Positions 1-14,608 of a DNA stretch of 64,000 nucleotides are shown here, in pieces; the first letter of the stretch is position 1, and each line of letters opens with the position of its first letter. This DNA comes from the human T2T-CHM13v2.0 reference genome, Homo sapiens: NCBI RefSeq assembly GCF_009914755.1, contig NC_060931.1. One strand, written 5' to 3'. Below the pieces are notes generated by a model. That model was not told the DNA's origin, did not search any database, and saw only the letters and a list, made by a program, of their open reading frames with translations. Both the position numbers and the translations under genes were made by a program.

Positions 1-442
1 GAACATACCTATACACATCTGTTTTCTCTTTTATTAGAACATAAACATATAAATATATATTACAACTCATGAGACTCATGACAATGACTTTTAGTCATTA
101 GTATCAATATTTTAAAACAATTATGAAATATTCAGTTCCTTGATGGAAAGGGAAACAACTTTTAACATCAACAGTTTTATAATTATAAAAAAGTGAAGAA
201 ATATAGTTATTTATTGATAGTATTACATATGGAAATATCTAAAGATGTCCATTTTGAAATAAAAACTTAAAAATAATTCTCCACATAAATGCATTTTGCA
301 TCCTAAAAAATAAAAAATACCCAAAGGAATTCTATTTGTGCAACCTCTAGGTGTCACACTTGACCAAGATTTGGATGAGACAAAATTTATTTTGGGCTTC
401 TTTCTATCCTCCCCTTCCCTTGACACCCACCCACCAAGTTTA

Positions 443-2789
443 TAGGTACACCTCATTTTACTGTGCTTTACACATATTTTTGTTTGTTTGTTTGTTTAAC
501 AAATTTAAGGCTTGTGACAACTTGGCATTGAGCAAGTCTATCAACATAATTTTTCCCACATGAAGTGCTCACTTCATGTCTCTATCACATTTTGGTAATT
601 TTCATAATTTTTCAAATGTTGTCACTATTATTCTATCTGTTATGGTGATCTGTGATCTGTGATCTTTGATGTTACTGTTGTAATTATTTTGGGGCACCAC
701 ATACTGTGCCCATATAAAATAGCAAACTAAATTAATGAATGTTGTTGTGTATTCTGACTTCTCCACCAACAGGCTGTTTCCCTATCTCTCTCTCGTTGGG
801 CCTCCCTTTTCCCTGAGACATATGAATATTGAAATTAGGCTAATTAATAACCCTACAATGGCTTTTAAGCGTTCAAGTGAAAAGAAGAATTACAAGTCTC
901 TCATTTTCAATCAAAAGCCTAAAATTATTAAGCTTATTAGGGAAGGCATATCAAAAGCCAAGATAGGCCAAAAGCTAGGCCTCTTGCACCAGTTAGCCAA
1001 GTTGTGAATGCAAAGGAAAGTTCTTGAAGAAAATTAAAAGTACTACTTTAGCAAATACACATATGAAAGGAAGCAAAACAGCCTTATTGCTGATATGGAG
1101 AAAGCTTTAGTGATCTAGATAGAAGATCAAATCAGCCACAACATTCCTTTAAACCAAAGCCTAATCCAGAGAAAGGCCCCAATTCTATTTAAACCTGTAA
1201 AGACCAAATGACATGAGGAAGCTGCAGAAAAGTGTGAAGCTGGCAGAGACTGTTTCATAAGGTTTAAGGAAAGAAGCCATGTTCACAACAAAATTGCAAG
1301 GTGAAGCAGCTGTAGCAAGCTACTCAGAAGATGTAGCTAAGATCACTGATGAAAGTAGCCACATTAAACAATTTTCAACATAAACAGATGAAAGTACCTA
1401 CATTAAACAATCAATTTTCAACATAAATGAAAAAAGCCTTCTATTAGAGGAATATGCCATCTAAAATTTTAATAGCTAGAGAGGAGAAGTCAATGCTTGG
1501 CTTTAAAATTTCAAAGGACAGGTTGACTCTCTTGTTAGGGTCTAATTCAGCTGGTGATTTTAAGTTGAAGCCAATGCTTACTTACCATTCTGAAAATCCT
1601 AGGGCCCTCCAGAATGTACTAAATCTACTCTGCCTGTGCTCTATAAAGGTAACAATAAAGGTGAATAACTGCCCATCTCTTTAGAGCATGGTTTACTGAA
1701 TATTTTAAGCCCATTGTTGAGATCTACTGATCAGAAAATAAGATCTCTAATGGAGATATACAGGATATTAATATTTTCATACCTGATAATACAACATCAA
1801 CTCTGCAGCCCGTGGTTCAAGGAGTAATTTTGACTTTCAAGTCATTATTTAAGGAATATATTTTGTAAGGTTTAAGCTTCCTTACATTATAATTCGTCTA
1901 ATGGATCTGGGCAAACTCACTTGAAAACTTTCTAGAAAGGGTTCACCATTCTAGATACCTTTAAGAGCATTGATGTTTTATGGGAAGAAGTCAAAATACA
2001 AATATTAACAGGTTTGAAAGAAGTTGATTTCAACCCTCATGAATGACTTCTAGGGGTTCAAGACTTCTCTGGAGGAAGTCAATACAGATGCAGTTAAAAA
2101 AGCAAGAACACTAGAATTGAAAGTGGAGTCTAAAGATGTGATTCAATTGTTTCAGTCTCCCGATAAAATATGAACACATGAGGAGTTGCTTCTTAGGAAT
2201 GAGCAAATAAAGTAGTTTCTTGAAATGGAATTTACTTCAGGTGAAGATACTATGAAGAGCGTTGAAATGACAACAAAGGATTTAGAATGTTACATAAATT
2301 TAGTTAATAAAGCAATGGCAGGATTTGAGATGATTGACTCCAATTTTGAAAGCAGTTCTACTGTGGTTAAAATGCTATCAAACAGCATCACATATTACAC
2401 AGAAAGCTTTCATGAAAGGAAGAGACCATCAATGCAGCAAACTTCATTGCTGTCTTATTTAAGAAATTGCCATAACCACCTTAACCTTCAGCAACTACCA
2501 CCCTGATTAGTTAGCAGCCATTGACATCAAGGCAACACCTGCTACCAGCAAGAAGACTACAATTTGCTGAAGGCTCAGATGATCATAGGCATTTTTTAGC
2601 AATAAAGTATTTTAAAATTATGTACATTTTTAGACATAATGCTATTGCATACTGAATAGACTATAGTATAGTTTAACAATAACTTTTATATGCCTTCGGA
2701 AACCAAAATATTAGCATAACTTGCTTTATTGTATTTGCTTTATTTCAATAGTCTGAAACCGATTTCTCTATAACTCTGAGGTATGCCTT
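443..2789 (+). mobile_element. Tigger1 DNA transposon (pogo family), near full length
   Basis: Ends taggtacacctc... and ...gaggtatgcctt are inverted repeats matching the Tigger1 TIR CAGGCATACCTC. Each is flanked by TA (441-442, 2790-2791). Transposase-like peptides lie inside. Confidence 0.95.
858..2214 (+). pseudogene. Decayed Tigger1 transposase ORF
   Basis: ATG at 858 gives MAFKRSSEKK...KIIKLIREGISKAKIGQKLGLL (CENP-B-type HTH start). The 1454 ORF gives [22 protein letters not shown] (pogo DDE region). Many stops and frameshifts; 3' end approximate. Confidence 0.85.
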
Positions 2790-3295
2790 TATTAAAAGAC
2801 AGAAATTTTCATCTTTTATCTTTACAAGTAGCTATATATTTTACTTTTTTGTTTTTTCAAATTCCGGCTTTAGTATTTCTTCTCTCTTTTCTTTCCCATT
2901 TCTTTCCTTTTTTTTTTTTTTCTTAATAGACACTGTTTTGTTGTTGGTTTGTTGGTTGTTTGGTTGTTTTGGTGGTTTGTAAATTTACGTATGAGGGACG
3001 AGCAGATTTTAAATTTCAGATTGTTTTACATAAAATTAATCTCATTGTTTCTCCATTTTATTCATTAAAAAACCTGTTTGAAAATAAAATCTGCTGCAAA
3101 TGATTGGACCCCTTGATTTTAACATCAGGTGAAAAAATACAGTATTCTGTTTCAGAACCTTTCAGAGTTTGGGGAATGGATTGCTCACTGCAGGACTTAC
3201 AATGAGGAAGAACCTCATCCCAGATGGAACGTAAGGAATCAAAAGACCCTGGCACTAGGTAGCAGAAATATTGTTAAACATTTTTTACTAGTGGT

Positions 3296-3762
3296 ATTCT
3301 TGCCAAACTCTTTCAAAAAATTGAAGATGAAAACATTCTTCCTAACTCATTCTATGAGTATAGCATTATCTTAATACCCAAACTAGACAATGACACAACA
3401 ATGAAAGAAAACTACAGGCCAATATTGCTAATAAACAGAGATTCAAATATTCTTGACAAAATAATAGCAAGCTAATTCCAACCACATATCAAAAATAATA
3501 TACCACAATCAAGTGGGTTTTATCTCAGAGATGAAAGGATGGCTCAATATGTATAAATCAATAAAGCGATATATCACCTCAACAAGATGAAGGTCAAAAA
3601 TATATTATCACCTAAAAAGATATAGAAAACAGCATTTGATAAAATCAACATCTTGTCATGATAAAAACTGTCAACAAATTAGGTATAGAAGGAACATATC
3701 TCAATGAAATAAACACATATATGTTATATATATGACAAACCCATAGCTAACATTATACTCAA
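3296..3762 (+). mobile_element. L1 ORF2 (reverse transcriptase region) fragment
   Basis: cctaactcattctatgag...aaagaaaactacaggccaatat...gacaaacccatagctaacattatactcaa are standard L1 ORF2 RT-region sequences. Confidence 0.9.
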
Positions 3763-4866
3763 CTATAAACTTCCCTCTTAGGACTACTTTTGCCAAATCC
3801 TATGAGATTTAGTATGTTCCATTTCCATTTTCATTTGTCTCAAGTTTCTTTAATTTCCCTTCTAATGTCTTCATTGACTCAATTGTTCAGGAATGTGTTG
3901 TTTAATTTCCATGTATTTAAAAATTTTAAACGTTCTTTATATTATTGTTTTCTCTTTATTCCATTGTAGTCAGAAAAGACACTTGATATTATTTAAATCT
4001 TCTTAAGTTTGTTAAGACTCATTTTCTGGCATAACATGATCTGTCTTGGGAGAGTACTCCATGTGCACTTGAGAAGACTATGTATTCTACAGCTACTGGG
4101 TGGAATGTTTTGTTTATGTCTGTTAGGTCCATTCAGGCTAGAGTATAGTTTAAGTCCAGTGTTTTCTTATTGATTTTCTGTCTGGATAATGTGTCCATTG
4201 CTGAAAGTGGGGTGCTGAAGGCCCCTACTTTAATTTTATTGTAGTCTCTCTCGGCTATATTAATATTTGATTTACATATTTAGGTGCTCCAATGTTGAGT
4301 GCATATATATTTACAATTATTATATCCTCTTGCTGAACTGAGGTTTTTATCATTATATAATAACCTTCATTTTCTCTTTGTTTCTTTTTACAGTTTTGAC
4401 TTAACATCTATTTTATCTGATACAGGTATAGTTACTCCTGCTCTTTTTTTGTTTTTATTTGCAAGAAATATCTTTTCCATCTCTTTACTCAACATATGTG
4501 TATCCTTAAGACGCATATAGTTGGGATTTGTTATATTACGCACTCAAACATTCTATGCCCTTTGATTGGAAAGTTTAATCGATTTACATTCAAGGTAATT
4601 TTTGATAGGTAAGAACTTACTACTGCCAAAATTGTTTTCTAGGTGTTTCATAGATCATTAATTCCCTTCCTCATCTCTTGCTGTCTCCCATTATGGTTAA
4701 ATTATTTTCATTAGTGATATTCCTTGATGCCTTACTTTTTATTTTTAGTGCATCTACTATAAATTGTTGGTTTCTGGTAACTACCAGGCTTACAAAAAAG
4801 TTTTTCAAGCTGAGAACAACTTTGATTGCAAACCAAACCAAACCAAACAAAAAAGTATACTTTTAA

Positions 4867-5279
<413 letters not shown>

Positions 5280-7239
5280 TATAATTTATGTATTTTTAAA
5301 ATGCATATGTCCTAAAATTTATTGATACTATTACTACTTTCTAATACTTTTGTCTTTTAACTGTCGTACTAAAGATATAAATGATTTACACACAACTGTT
5401 ACAATATCAGAGTATTCTGAATTTGACTATGTATTTTACCAGAAAATTTTGTACTTTTAGATGTTTTCATGTTACTCATTAGTGTTCTGTTCTTTCACTT
5501 ATATAACTCTCTTTGGCATTTCTTATAGGACAAGTCTGGCTGTGATGAACTCCCTCAGCTTTGGTTTGTCTGTTGAATTATATACCTATACTTCACATCT
5601 GAAGATAAATTTTCTAATCACAGTATTCTTGATTAGCAGTTTTTTCCTTAATACTTTCAATATATTATCCCACTTCCTCCTGGCCTATAAGCTATCTGCT
5701 TATAAATCTCTTGCTAGTTATACTGAAACTCTGATATAAGTTTTTTTTTTCTTTTCTTTTGCAGCTTTCAGGATGCTTTATCTTTGATTTTTGACAGTTT
5801 GATTATAATATGTTTTGGGAGTCGTCCTGTTTATATTTAACCTGATAGGAGACCTTTGACCTTCCTGTACCACATTCTTGTATCTGGATATTTGTAAGTT
5901 TCTCTAGGTTTAAAGATTTTCTGCCTTTGTTTCTTTAAATATGCTTTCTACCCCTGGATTTTTACCTTCTCTCTCTTGAACAACACAGATTAATAAGGTT
6001 ATTATTTGATATTGTCTCAAAAATCCCATAGGCTTTCTTCATTTCTTTTTTCTTTTTTCACCTCTGACTGTACATTTTCAAATAGACTGTCTTTCAGTGT
6101 ATAGGTTCTTTCTTCTGTTTCAACAGTTTTGCTGTTGATGCTTTCTATGGCACTTTTAATTTTATTCATTATAATTTTTAGCCAGAATTTATATTTTTAA
6201 AAATTATTATTTCAATCTTTCTGCTGAATTTATCATTCTGGCCATTTATTTAATTTTTCATTTCATTGAATTGTTTCTCTGTATTCTCTTGAATTTCACT
6301 GAGGTTACTTAAAACAGTTATTTTGAATTTCTGTCAGGCAGTTCATAGATCTCCATTTCCTTAAGGTCAGCCACTGGTTTGTCCCTTTGGTGATGTCATG
6401 TTTCTCTGATTGTTCTTGGTCTTTGTGGTCAGTTGTTGGTGTCTGATCATTTGAAGAAGTAGGTACATATTCCAGCTTTTGCAGACTGGCTTTGTCCAGA
6501 AAAGCCCTTCAACAGCTCATTCATAGAGTCTAGTCAGATTGTGTGATGTGGCCCATGAAAAGGCTTCTTGCTGGAGTCAGGGCTAGCTGGACTGGTGCCT
6601 AGGCCAGCAGGTAGGCAGATCTGGAGCCTGGATCCATGTGGGCCTAAGCTTTTATCCCTTGGAATTGGTCTGAAGCCCATGCCCACTGGAACTGGCAAGT
6701 TGCTGAGGCAGGCCCAGAGCCTGGAGCCACTGGGGAGTTCTGACACTGTGAGACATGTGAAACCAGGGGTAGCTGAAGTCAGTTCAGCAGTGATGCAAAC
6801 TGGAGATAAAGTTCTCTGTGCAGGCCTGAAGTCTGGGGCTGTGGGGTCTTATCTGGTGTTGGGGTGGATGTGGAAACTCAGTTTGCAGGTATTGGCCTGG
6901 AGTCTGGAACCATGGGAGCCTGCCAAATGCTAAGCTTTATTCTGGTGGCTCAGGTATTGTGGTCCAAGGCAAAGTCCTGGGCTCATTTTCCTCTCTCCAA
7001 AGTGGACAATGCTTCTCTCTACACAATGCTGCCTGGGGTTGTGAAGGGGTACTGTAAGTAATGTAAAACTATCCTTCCTAACCTCTGCAATATGTCTTTT
7101 CTTATTTCTATGCTTCATCCAGGTGTTGTAACCCTTCCCCTGTATTTTTTTGCACTTGTGGAGGTATTTTCATTTATGGATAGTGTTTCAAATTGATGTT
7201 TTTGTGGAAACACAATTGTTGGAGGATCCCACCTTCCCC

Positions 7240-8790
7240 ATAGTTCGTTCACATTTAATGTGATTATTTATATGGTTAGACGTACATCTATCATTTTGTT
7301 CTTTACTCTCTATTTGTTTTATATAATTTTTAAATAACAGGTTGACTTAGATATAATTTTGTTTAGGATATACAATTTACTGTCTTATTCACAGAGTTGC
7401 ATAATCATCACCATCGTATAATTTTAGTACTTTTCCATTGAAACAAAAAGAAATTCCAAACTTATTATCAGTTACTCCCATTCTCCCTTTGCCCCAGACT
7501 GCAACAATCGTTAATCCAATTTCTATCTCTGCGGATTTACCTGGACATTTTATATAGATTGAATTATATAATATGTGGCCTTTGTGAATGGCTTCTTTCA
7601 TGTAGCGTAAGTTTTTAAGGTTCATTAATAGTGTAACAAAAATCAGCACTGCATTGCTTTTTAAGGCTGACTAATATTTTATTGTATGGGTAAACCAAAT
7701 TTTCTTTATCCATTTGTCAGTTGATGTGCATTTGGGTTGTTTCTACTGTTTGGTTATTATGAATAGTGCTGCTATGAATATCTATTTACATATCTTAACT
7801 GTTTTGTTCCTCTTTTCCTCTTTTATACCTTATTTTGTACTTTTTAGCATACCATTTTTACCCTTTGGAAATAAAAAAATTTAATTATATTTAAATAGCC
7901 ATGAACTTCTTAATGGTTACTCTATGGACTACAGTATCTACGTCATCCTTTCACAGCCATTTCAGAATATTATTAACTTATTCCTATAAGATAGAGAATT
8001 ATTGCCCACTATCACTCCTTTTCCTCCTCTCTGTAATGTGATCTGTATGTTATAACCTTAACAAAAAAGTGTTATAAATATTGCTGCATAAAATCTTATA
8101 TCTTTTAGAGATGTTAAGAGAAAATATAAATTTATAAAATATTTTATGTGTACTAAACATACCATTTCTGATGCTCTATATTTATTTCTGTGGGTAGAGT
8201 TACTGTCTGGTTTCACTTCCTTCCAGACCTATAGGTTTCCATTTAGTATTTCATATAAGTAGGTCTGCTGGGAATGAATTTTCTCAGACATTGCTTATCT
8301 GGCAATTTCTTTATTTCCTCGTCATTTTTGAAGGATTGTCTTGTTAGATAAATATTTCTTGGTTGACAACTTTTTTGTCTTTAAGTATTTTGAGTATGAG
8401 CTTCCACTGTCTTCTGACATCTACTGTTCCTGATCATAAGTTAGCTATTTATATTAATGTGGTTGCCTTGCACTTGATGAGTCATTTTTCCCTTGATGCC
8501 TTATGCTATTTTCTTATTCTAGGTGATGGGAATCTATTCTACTCTGGGTTTTTTTTATGTTTAAGTGATTACATTCATATTTCTCATCAAATTTGTGAGA
8601 TTTTTGAACACTATTTGTTAAAATATGTTTTTTCCTGCCCCCTTCTCTCTTTTCTATTTTTGGGACTTCCATGACCTGCTTGTTGAAATGCTTGATGTTG
8701 ACTCACACATCATTGAGGCTCATTTTATCTTTTTTCTCCTCTAAATTCATCCGATTAAATATTTTCTATTGATATATGTTCAAATTTACT
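7240..8790 (-). mobile_element. Old L1 (L1MC/MD/ME-type) ORF1 to ORF2-start region, interrupted at about 7331-7795
   Basis: Antisense L1 motifs such as ttcacatttaatgtgattatt, ggtctgctgggaatgaattttctcag and tttttgaaggattg...cttggttgaca. Confidence 0.7.
7331..7795 (-). mobile_element. L1MB/MC-type 3' end fragment nested in older L1
   Basis: cacagagttgcataatcatcacca...tatgtggcctttgtgaatggcttctttca...ttatgaatagtgctgctatgaa is an antisense L1M 3' end. Confidence 0.8.
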
Positions 8791-8799
8791 TAGTCATCT

Positions 8800-9064
8800 G
8801 TTCTACCCTCCAAGGAGTCACGGCTACTTTCACCTTTTGGCTTCATATCTCAAAATGTGGTCTATGTGGTTGCCACTGAAAAGAAGAATAGGGCAAGAGA
8901 GCTATATCAGATGTTTATATTATCTTTCTATATAGACCTTTGGCAAAATGATATTATATGGCCCCAATCTAATTACAAAGGAAATTGGTAAACTTATCTC
9001 CTTATATACCTATTATGAAGAAAATAAAATGGATTTGATAAAACATTAGCATTAACTCTTCCAT
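8800..9064 (-). mobile_element. Old MaLR LTR remnant (MLT1K/L-like)
   Basis: atggccccaatctaattacaaaggaaattggtaaa...ggatttgataaaacattagcattaactcttccata resembles an MLT1K terminus. Confidence 0.55.
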
Positions 9065-9084
9065 AAATTTCTATATTCAGGTAA

Positions 9085-9484
<400 letters not shown>

Positions 9485-12011
9485 AACCCTCGTCATGTTT
9501 TCAAGTCAAATTGTTAGGCCTTTAGGTAGACAAAAGTGGATTAGAAATCACTGAATATAAAAATTGGATTTAATTATCCAGAGAGCTAGCAGGAATTTAG
9601 TCAATAATGATGGACCTTTATTAGGGCTCAACTCCAATCAAATAAGAAAGCAAATTCATAATGGAGGGAGGCTAGAGCAATCAGATCATAGAAAGGGGAA
9701 AATATGTGCCCTTAATGAAAGAGGTAAACTGAAGTTTCATGTTGCATTACCCTTTTAAAACTCTATATTCAGACTCAGGTTTGAATAAAAGGTTATCACA
9801 CTTAACTTCATAAGCCCTTAGCTATTATTCACAAAATGAATAGCTTTCCTTGGATTGTGCAGCTTGATAGCCTTGCTTTATACCTCACCTTCAGAGTATA
9901 AAATGCCTCTGAATTTAGGTCTTCTGGGTGAATATTTTTGCTATACTCTTTGAGGCATTTATGGTCTCAACTTCCTCCATTTTGCTGAGTTATTTAAAAC
10001 AGTTTTCTCTTGATTGGATTTTTAATTGTTTAAATAAACTTTTTTGATACCACTTATTGTATTAGAGCCTCTCTTGTTCTATTTGGCTTTATGCATTCAT
10101 ACATTTTAAATTCCCCTGTTGATGTTTAGCTGGGGCTTCGAACTAAAGCAGAGATAATTCTTATGTTCAACTTACTTAATTGAGAGTTTATGTTTTATTT
10201 TCTATTTTCTTGTATTTTTTAAAATCAAATATAAAAGCAAAATGTTTAACATTTAGTTGACTGGTGTTCATTACTTTCACACATAAAGTATCAGTTAAAC
10301 CTATAATAATCAGATGAAATAAGTGGGAATGATACTATTATGTGACAAATGAAAAAAATTAAGATACACAAGTTTAACAACTTTTCCATGTAGTTAATGA
10401 TGAGTTTGGAAGTAGTGGAACACCATGAGTTCTCTGTACATAGAGTTGTCTTAACTGGGGACAGCTTCTGAAAATCAGTGATTCTGTAAATAACGTCTTT
10501 ATTGAAAAAAATAATAAACATAATATTTGCCGAATTTAAATTTGCTTAAAGGAGTACAAAGTCCACAATAGGTAAAAGACAAATACTTGTGAAAAGAGGA
10601 AAATAATTTGAATCAACAATTCACATGCCTAAAATTTTAAAAGAACTGGTTTTCTATTTACTAATCAGAAAGGAAGAGAAACAACTGTGCCCCATTATTC
10701 CAGACATGATAAATATGATGAATTCAAGGACAACAATTTCCTAGGAGAGTAATGCATCTTGGCATATATAATTACCCATAAATGAACTAAAAAAGTAAAG
10801 CTTTCCTTTGGCATATAATTTAATTTATAAAAGTTATATTTATTCTAGAAAAATTGACAAATAATTTTGGCAGGCTTGCTACTAATATTTTAAATTGATT
10901 CTTCTTTGCCTTTTAAGAGACTGGCCTTCCTTATATTTCTGCATATGGGGTGGTGAACAGAGACCAGCTGTGCACTATATCTTATCATTTACAAGTATAA
11001 GATGTATTCACTCTTGTGGACTAAGATATGCTTACAGCTCACACTCTATGCTTCATAATTCAATTAAAAATCTGTATTTACGCTGACTTCACCATTTGGC
11101 AATGAAAACCAACCTCATTATAAGATAAAGATATGAAAATTTGAGAAGAAAAGCAAATGTTAGTAAATTAACTCCATCCATTGTGCTAATCCTATGTTGA
11201 CAGCACCCATTGCTAGCAATTTTCTCAAGCTGCTAATACATGACTGTTACTGAAAATAACATGAAAAGCTTTCTAATTAATTGCTGCTGGTAGATCTGCC
11301 ACTTCCAAAAGTTTTTCCCCTTGAGATACAGATGCAAACTTGTCTTGGCACATGACAATATACTGTTTTGCAATTTACAAAGAAAATAGTTTTTCTTTCA
11401 TTTGCTAATAAGGCACAGAACATGTTGCAATAGATTTCAGAAGTTGATAAAAAAGGGGTAAAAGGTATTTAAAACAACTCTTTTCTTTCTAAGTTGAATG
11501 TCGGGTTAAAAGACGCCAAGTTGGCTGAACAATAGCTCACCATCTAAGTTTACTTGACTCAACTAAGAAGAGATGAACATAAGCAGCTAAGTAGGGATGT
11601 GAATAAAAGCAGTTCTTCAAAACTGTTGGCAGGCAGTACTATTTAAACCATAACGTGTTTCACTTCCAAATCGTTGTGAGTGCTCAATGTAAATGAGTTG
11701 AGACTGCTGTCAAAATTCCTTATAAACACGTGTGTTTCTAAGGGAAAAGTGAGAGAAACCACATCTTGCAACTGTCTGAATGTTCTAAAATTGTTAAATT
11801 TTTAGTCCAAATTAAAAATAGGAATCTAACACTAACTTAAGAGTAACACCATCAAAATTGTGCATTTTAAAAATCTAGATCTGAGCTCTTCCCAGTGTTT
11901 ACTGAGTTCTGACCCAATGGTTGTGGAAAAGTTTATAATATCCATTTATTTTATCATAGTTCTTATATGATCCTTATTATGTCTCTCCTATCAAGCCTTC
12001 AGTGAAAATGT

Positions 12012-12140
12012 GCTCATTTATTCAACCAATGGAAAACACTTTTACAGTATCTATTATGTGCCAAACACTGTGTCAAATTCTGCAGACAGAGGGACTTTTA
12101 TATAACATGCATCATTCACTGAGCCTTCATGAATGCATGA
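12012..12140 (-). mobile_element. L2 3' end remnant
   Basis: cattattcaacc...tctattatgtgccaaacactgtgtcaaattctgcagac-like sequence typical of antisense L2 tails. Confidence 0.6.
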
Positions 12141-14347
12141 CACTGAGCTTGAAAACATTACATGCTAGCCAAACATATTCTTCCACTCTAGGACAATGCG
12201 ATATATATGACTGACATTTGTAAACAAAGATAAAATGTAATATGAAGAAAGAAGACAGAATCAAGAGAAAAGCCCACTAATGTATTAATACCCAGGATAT
12301 CACATTGATATGTAAATAAACTAACAGTGAGCATTATCCTCGATCAATACTTTGCAGAGTAAACTCCTCCAGATAGGCAGCCCCCACAGTGTGTAATGAG
12401 CAGAAACTTCATGCTCTCTGTGTTGTCATTGCTGATGTTTGAATCCTGCTGTTTTCACATTCTGGGCTGCTGAGATGACTGTATATTTTTGGCAGCTGAA
12501 AGGGAAGCTTGCTACGGTTTCTTCCATAACAAGCAAAAGACAAAACCTATAATCCATCTTAATTTCACCCCATGTAACTTGAAAGATGGTATTGGTGTGT
12601 AGATAATAGGAAGCATCACTGATAATGGCTAGTATGGAAGAAAACAAAAACCGAAAGCAAACAATAAAAAAATATTAACTCAATGGGTTTAAATTACAAG
12701 AAATTTATCTTCAGTAAAATGGAACATAGAACCAGATCCAATTATATTTCACCAGCTTATGCAATCATGGGGGCTACTAATGGATTATTTCTCCTTAGGT
12801 AAAACAAAACATGTTTCACAGAAAAAAAAGTAAGTAGAGATTTTTTAAATGGATGATAAGTTGTGGCAGACATTAGCAAAGAACTTTTGTAATGAGTAAG
12901 AGCACTGATGTATTTCATTCTTTTAGATTATACAAGTACAGAAGAGTACCGATGCTGGTTCATTTTAACCATTTACTTAATATATTCTCACGAAATTCCT
13001 GTTAAGTGTATATGTTTATCCCTGACATAATATAGTCTAATTCCTTAGTTTACCATGAATTTTTTTAAAAACCTGCTTTATATTAATCTTCATATTGGAC
13101 TGTTAGCACCATATTCTTCAGTCATTAAAATGAAGTATCTTAACCACATAATAAATAAACCTAATGCTTACCTCTAAGCAGTAAGTACTTAAATAGTAAA
13201 CATTTGCTTTACAGCATGTTTTCTCTGTGTAAATTATGATTTTTTGCAACATTTATTTAAATCGCTTTCACTTTTATTGCATTGCGAAAGTGAGATCATA
13301 TTCTTTGTATGCACTTCATTATCTCATTTGATTGGGTTTTAATTCCTGCAACATACAGCAAAGGCTGATGTGCCTTTTGCAATTTGAAACAGTGGTTGCA
13401 TGCTGAGAATAATTAGCTTCACTAAGGCAGAACAAATGATTTCTTTGCAAAACACCAAGTCTGTGTTTCAACAAAGATAATCACAGAATACCCAAGTTAT
13501 CTCAGGTCTTCGGGTATAGTGGTTACTTTGTGTTTAATTAACATTTTTGTAATCTTAATTCTCTAATAACGATAGTGACCCAGAGATTATCACAAAGAAT
13601 GTTATTTTTGAAATCTAGGGATGGAAGACTTACTTATTTTAATTGATTAATTTAATTTGTCGGTTTCCATTAAAATATGTATTTATGTGGATAATTTATC
13701 AAATATTTGTTTCTAATCATAATTTGGGCAAAATAATGTAATTGTTGGCTTTGGCTACCAGAATGATAGTGGTCTATCCTTCCTGCCCAAAACATCCTGA
13801 ACTTTTGAAGATCTTTTGTTAGTCTAATAGAAGAACATTTATTAGAAAACTAATTAGCAGATTTTTCTATACTTCTTTTAGTGAGATAATACGAATATGG
13901 TAATTAAATCCCACAAATCAAATTGTATTGAAGTCATTTGGTAATAGCAACAACAGAGAAACTATTATAATTTCTTCCAATTAGGAGGCTGATCTTTAAC
14001 ACCAGGAAAATCTGCATTAAGAAGTTCATTCAATTGTCTATATTTTAGTTAAGATTCTGATTGAGTTAATGATTATTTTAGTACCTTGGGTGAAAGCGTT
14101 AATCAGAGTTCACTGTGCAACAAAAAGGTCATGAGTGCATACTGCTCTGAAATTAGACTCTTAACTTTCATATCTCTACAAGGCTGCAGGAAACTTAAGT
14201 TGTCATCTTCGCTGAATTACACAGACCCATTTAGCCTCTTACCATTCCGGATACCAGTGGTTTGACAAATCTACTTCCCTGCAGGATTCCCTCAACTGCT
14301 TTGACCCTGATGCTATAGATAAATTATTCCTCTAAAATGTCTCTGGA

Positions 14348-14608
<261 letters not shown>

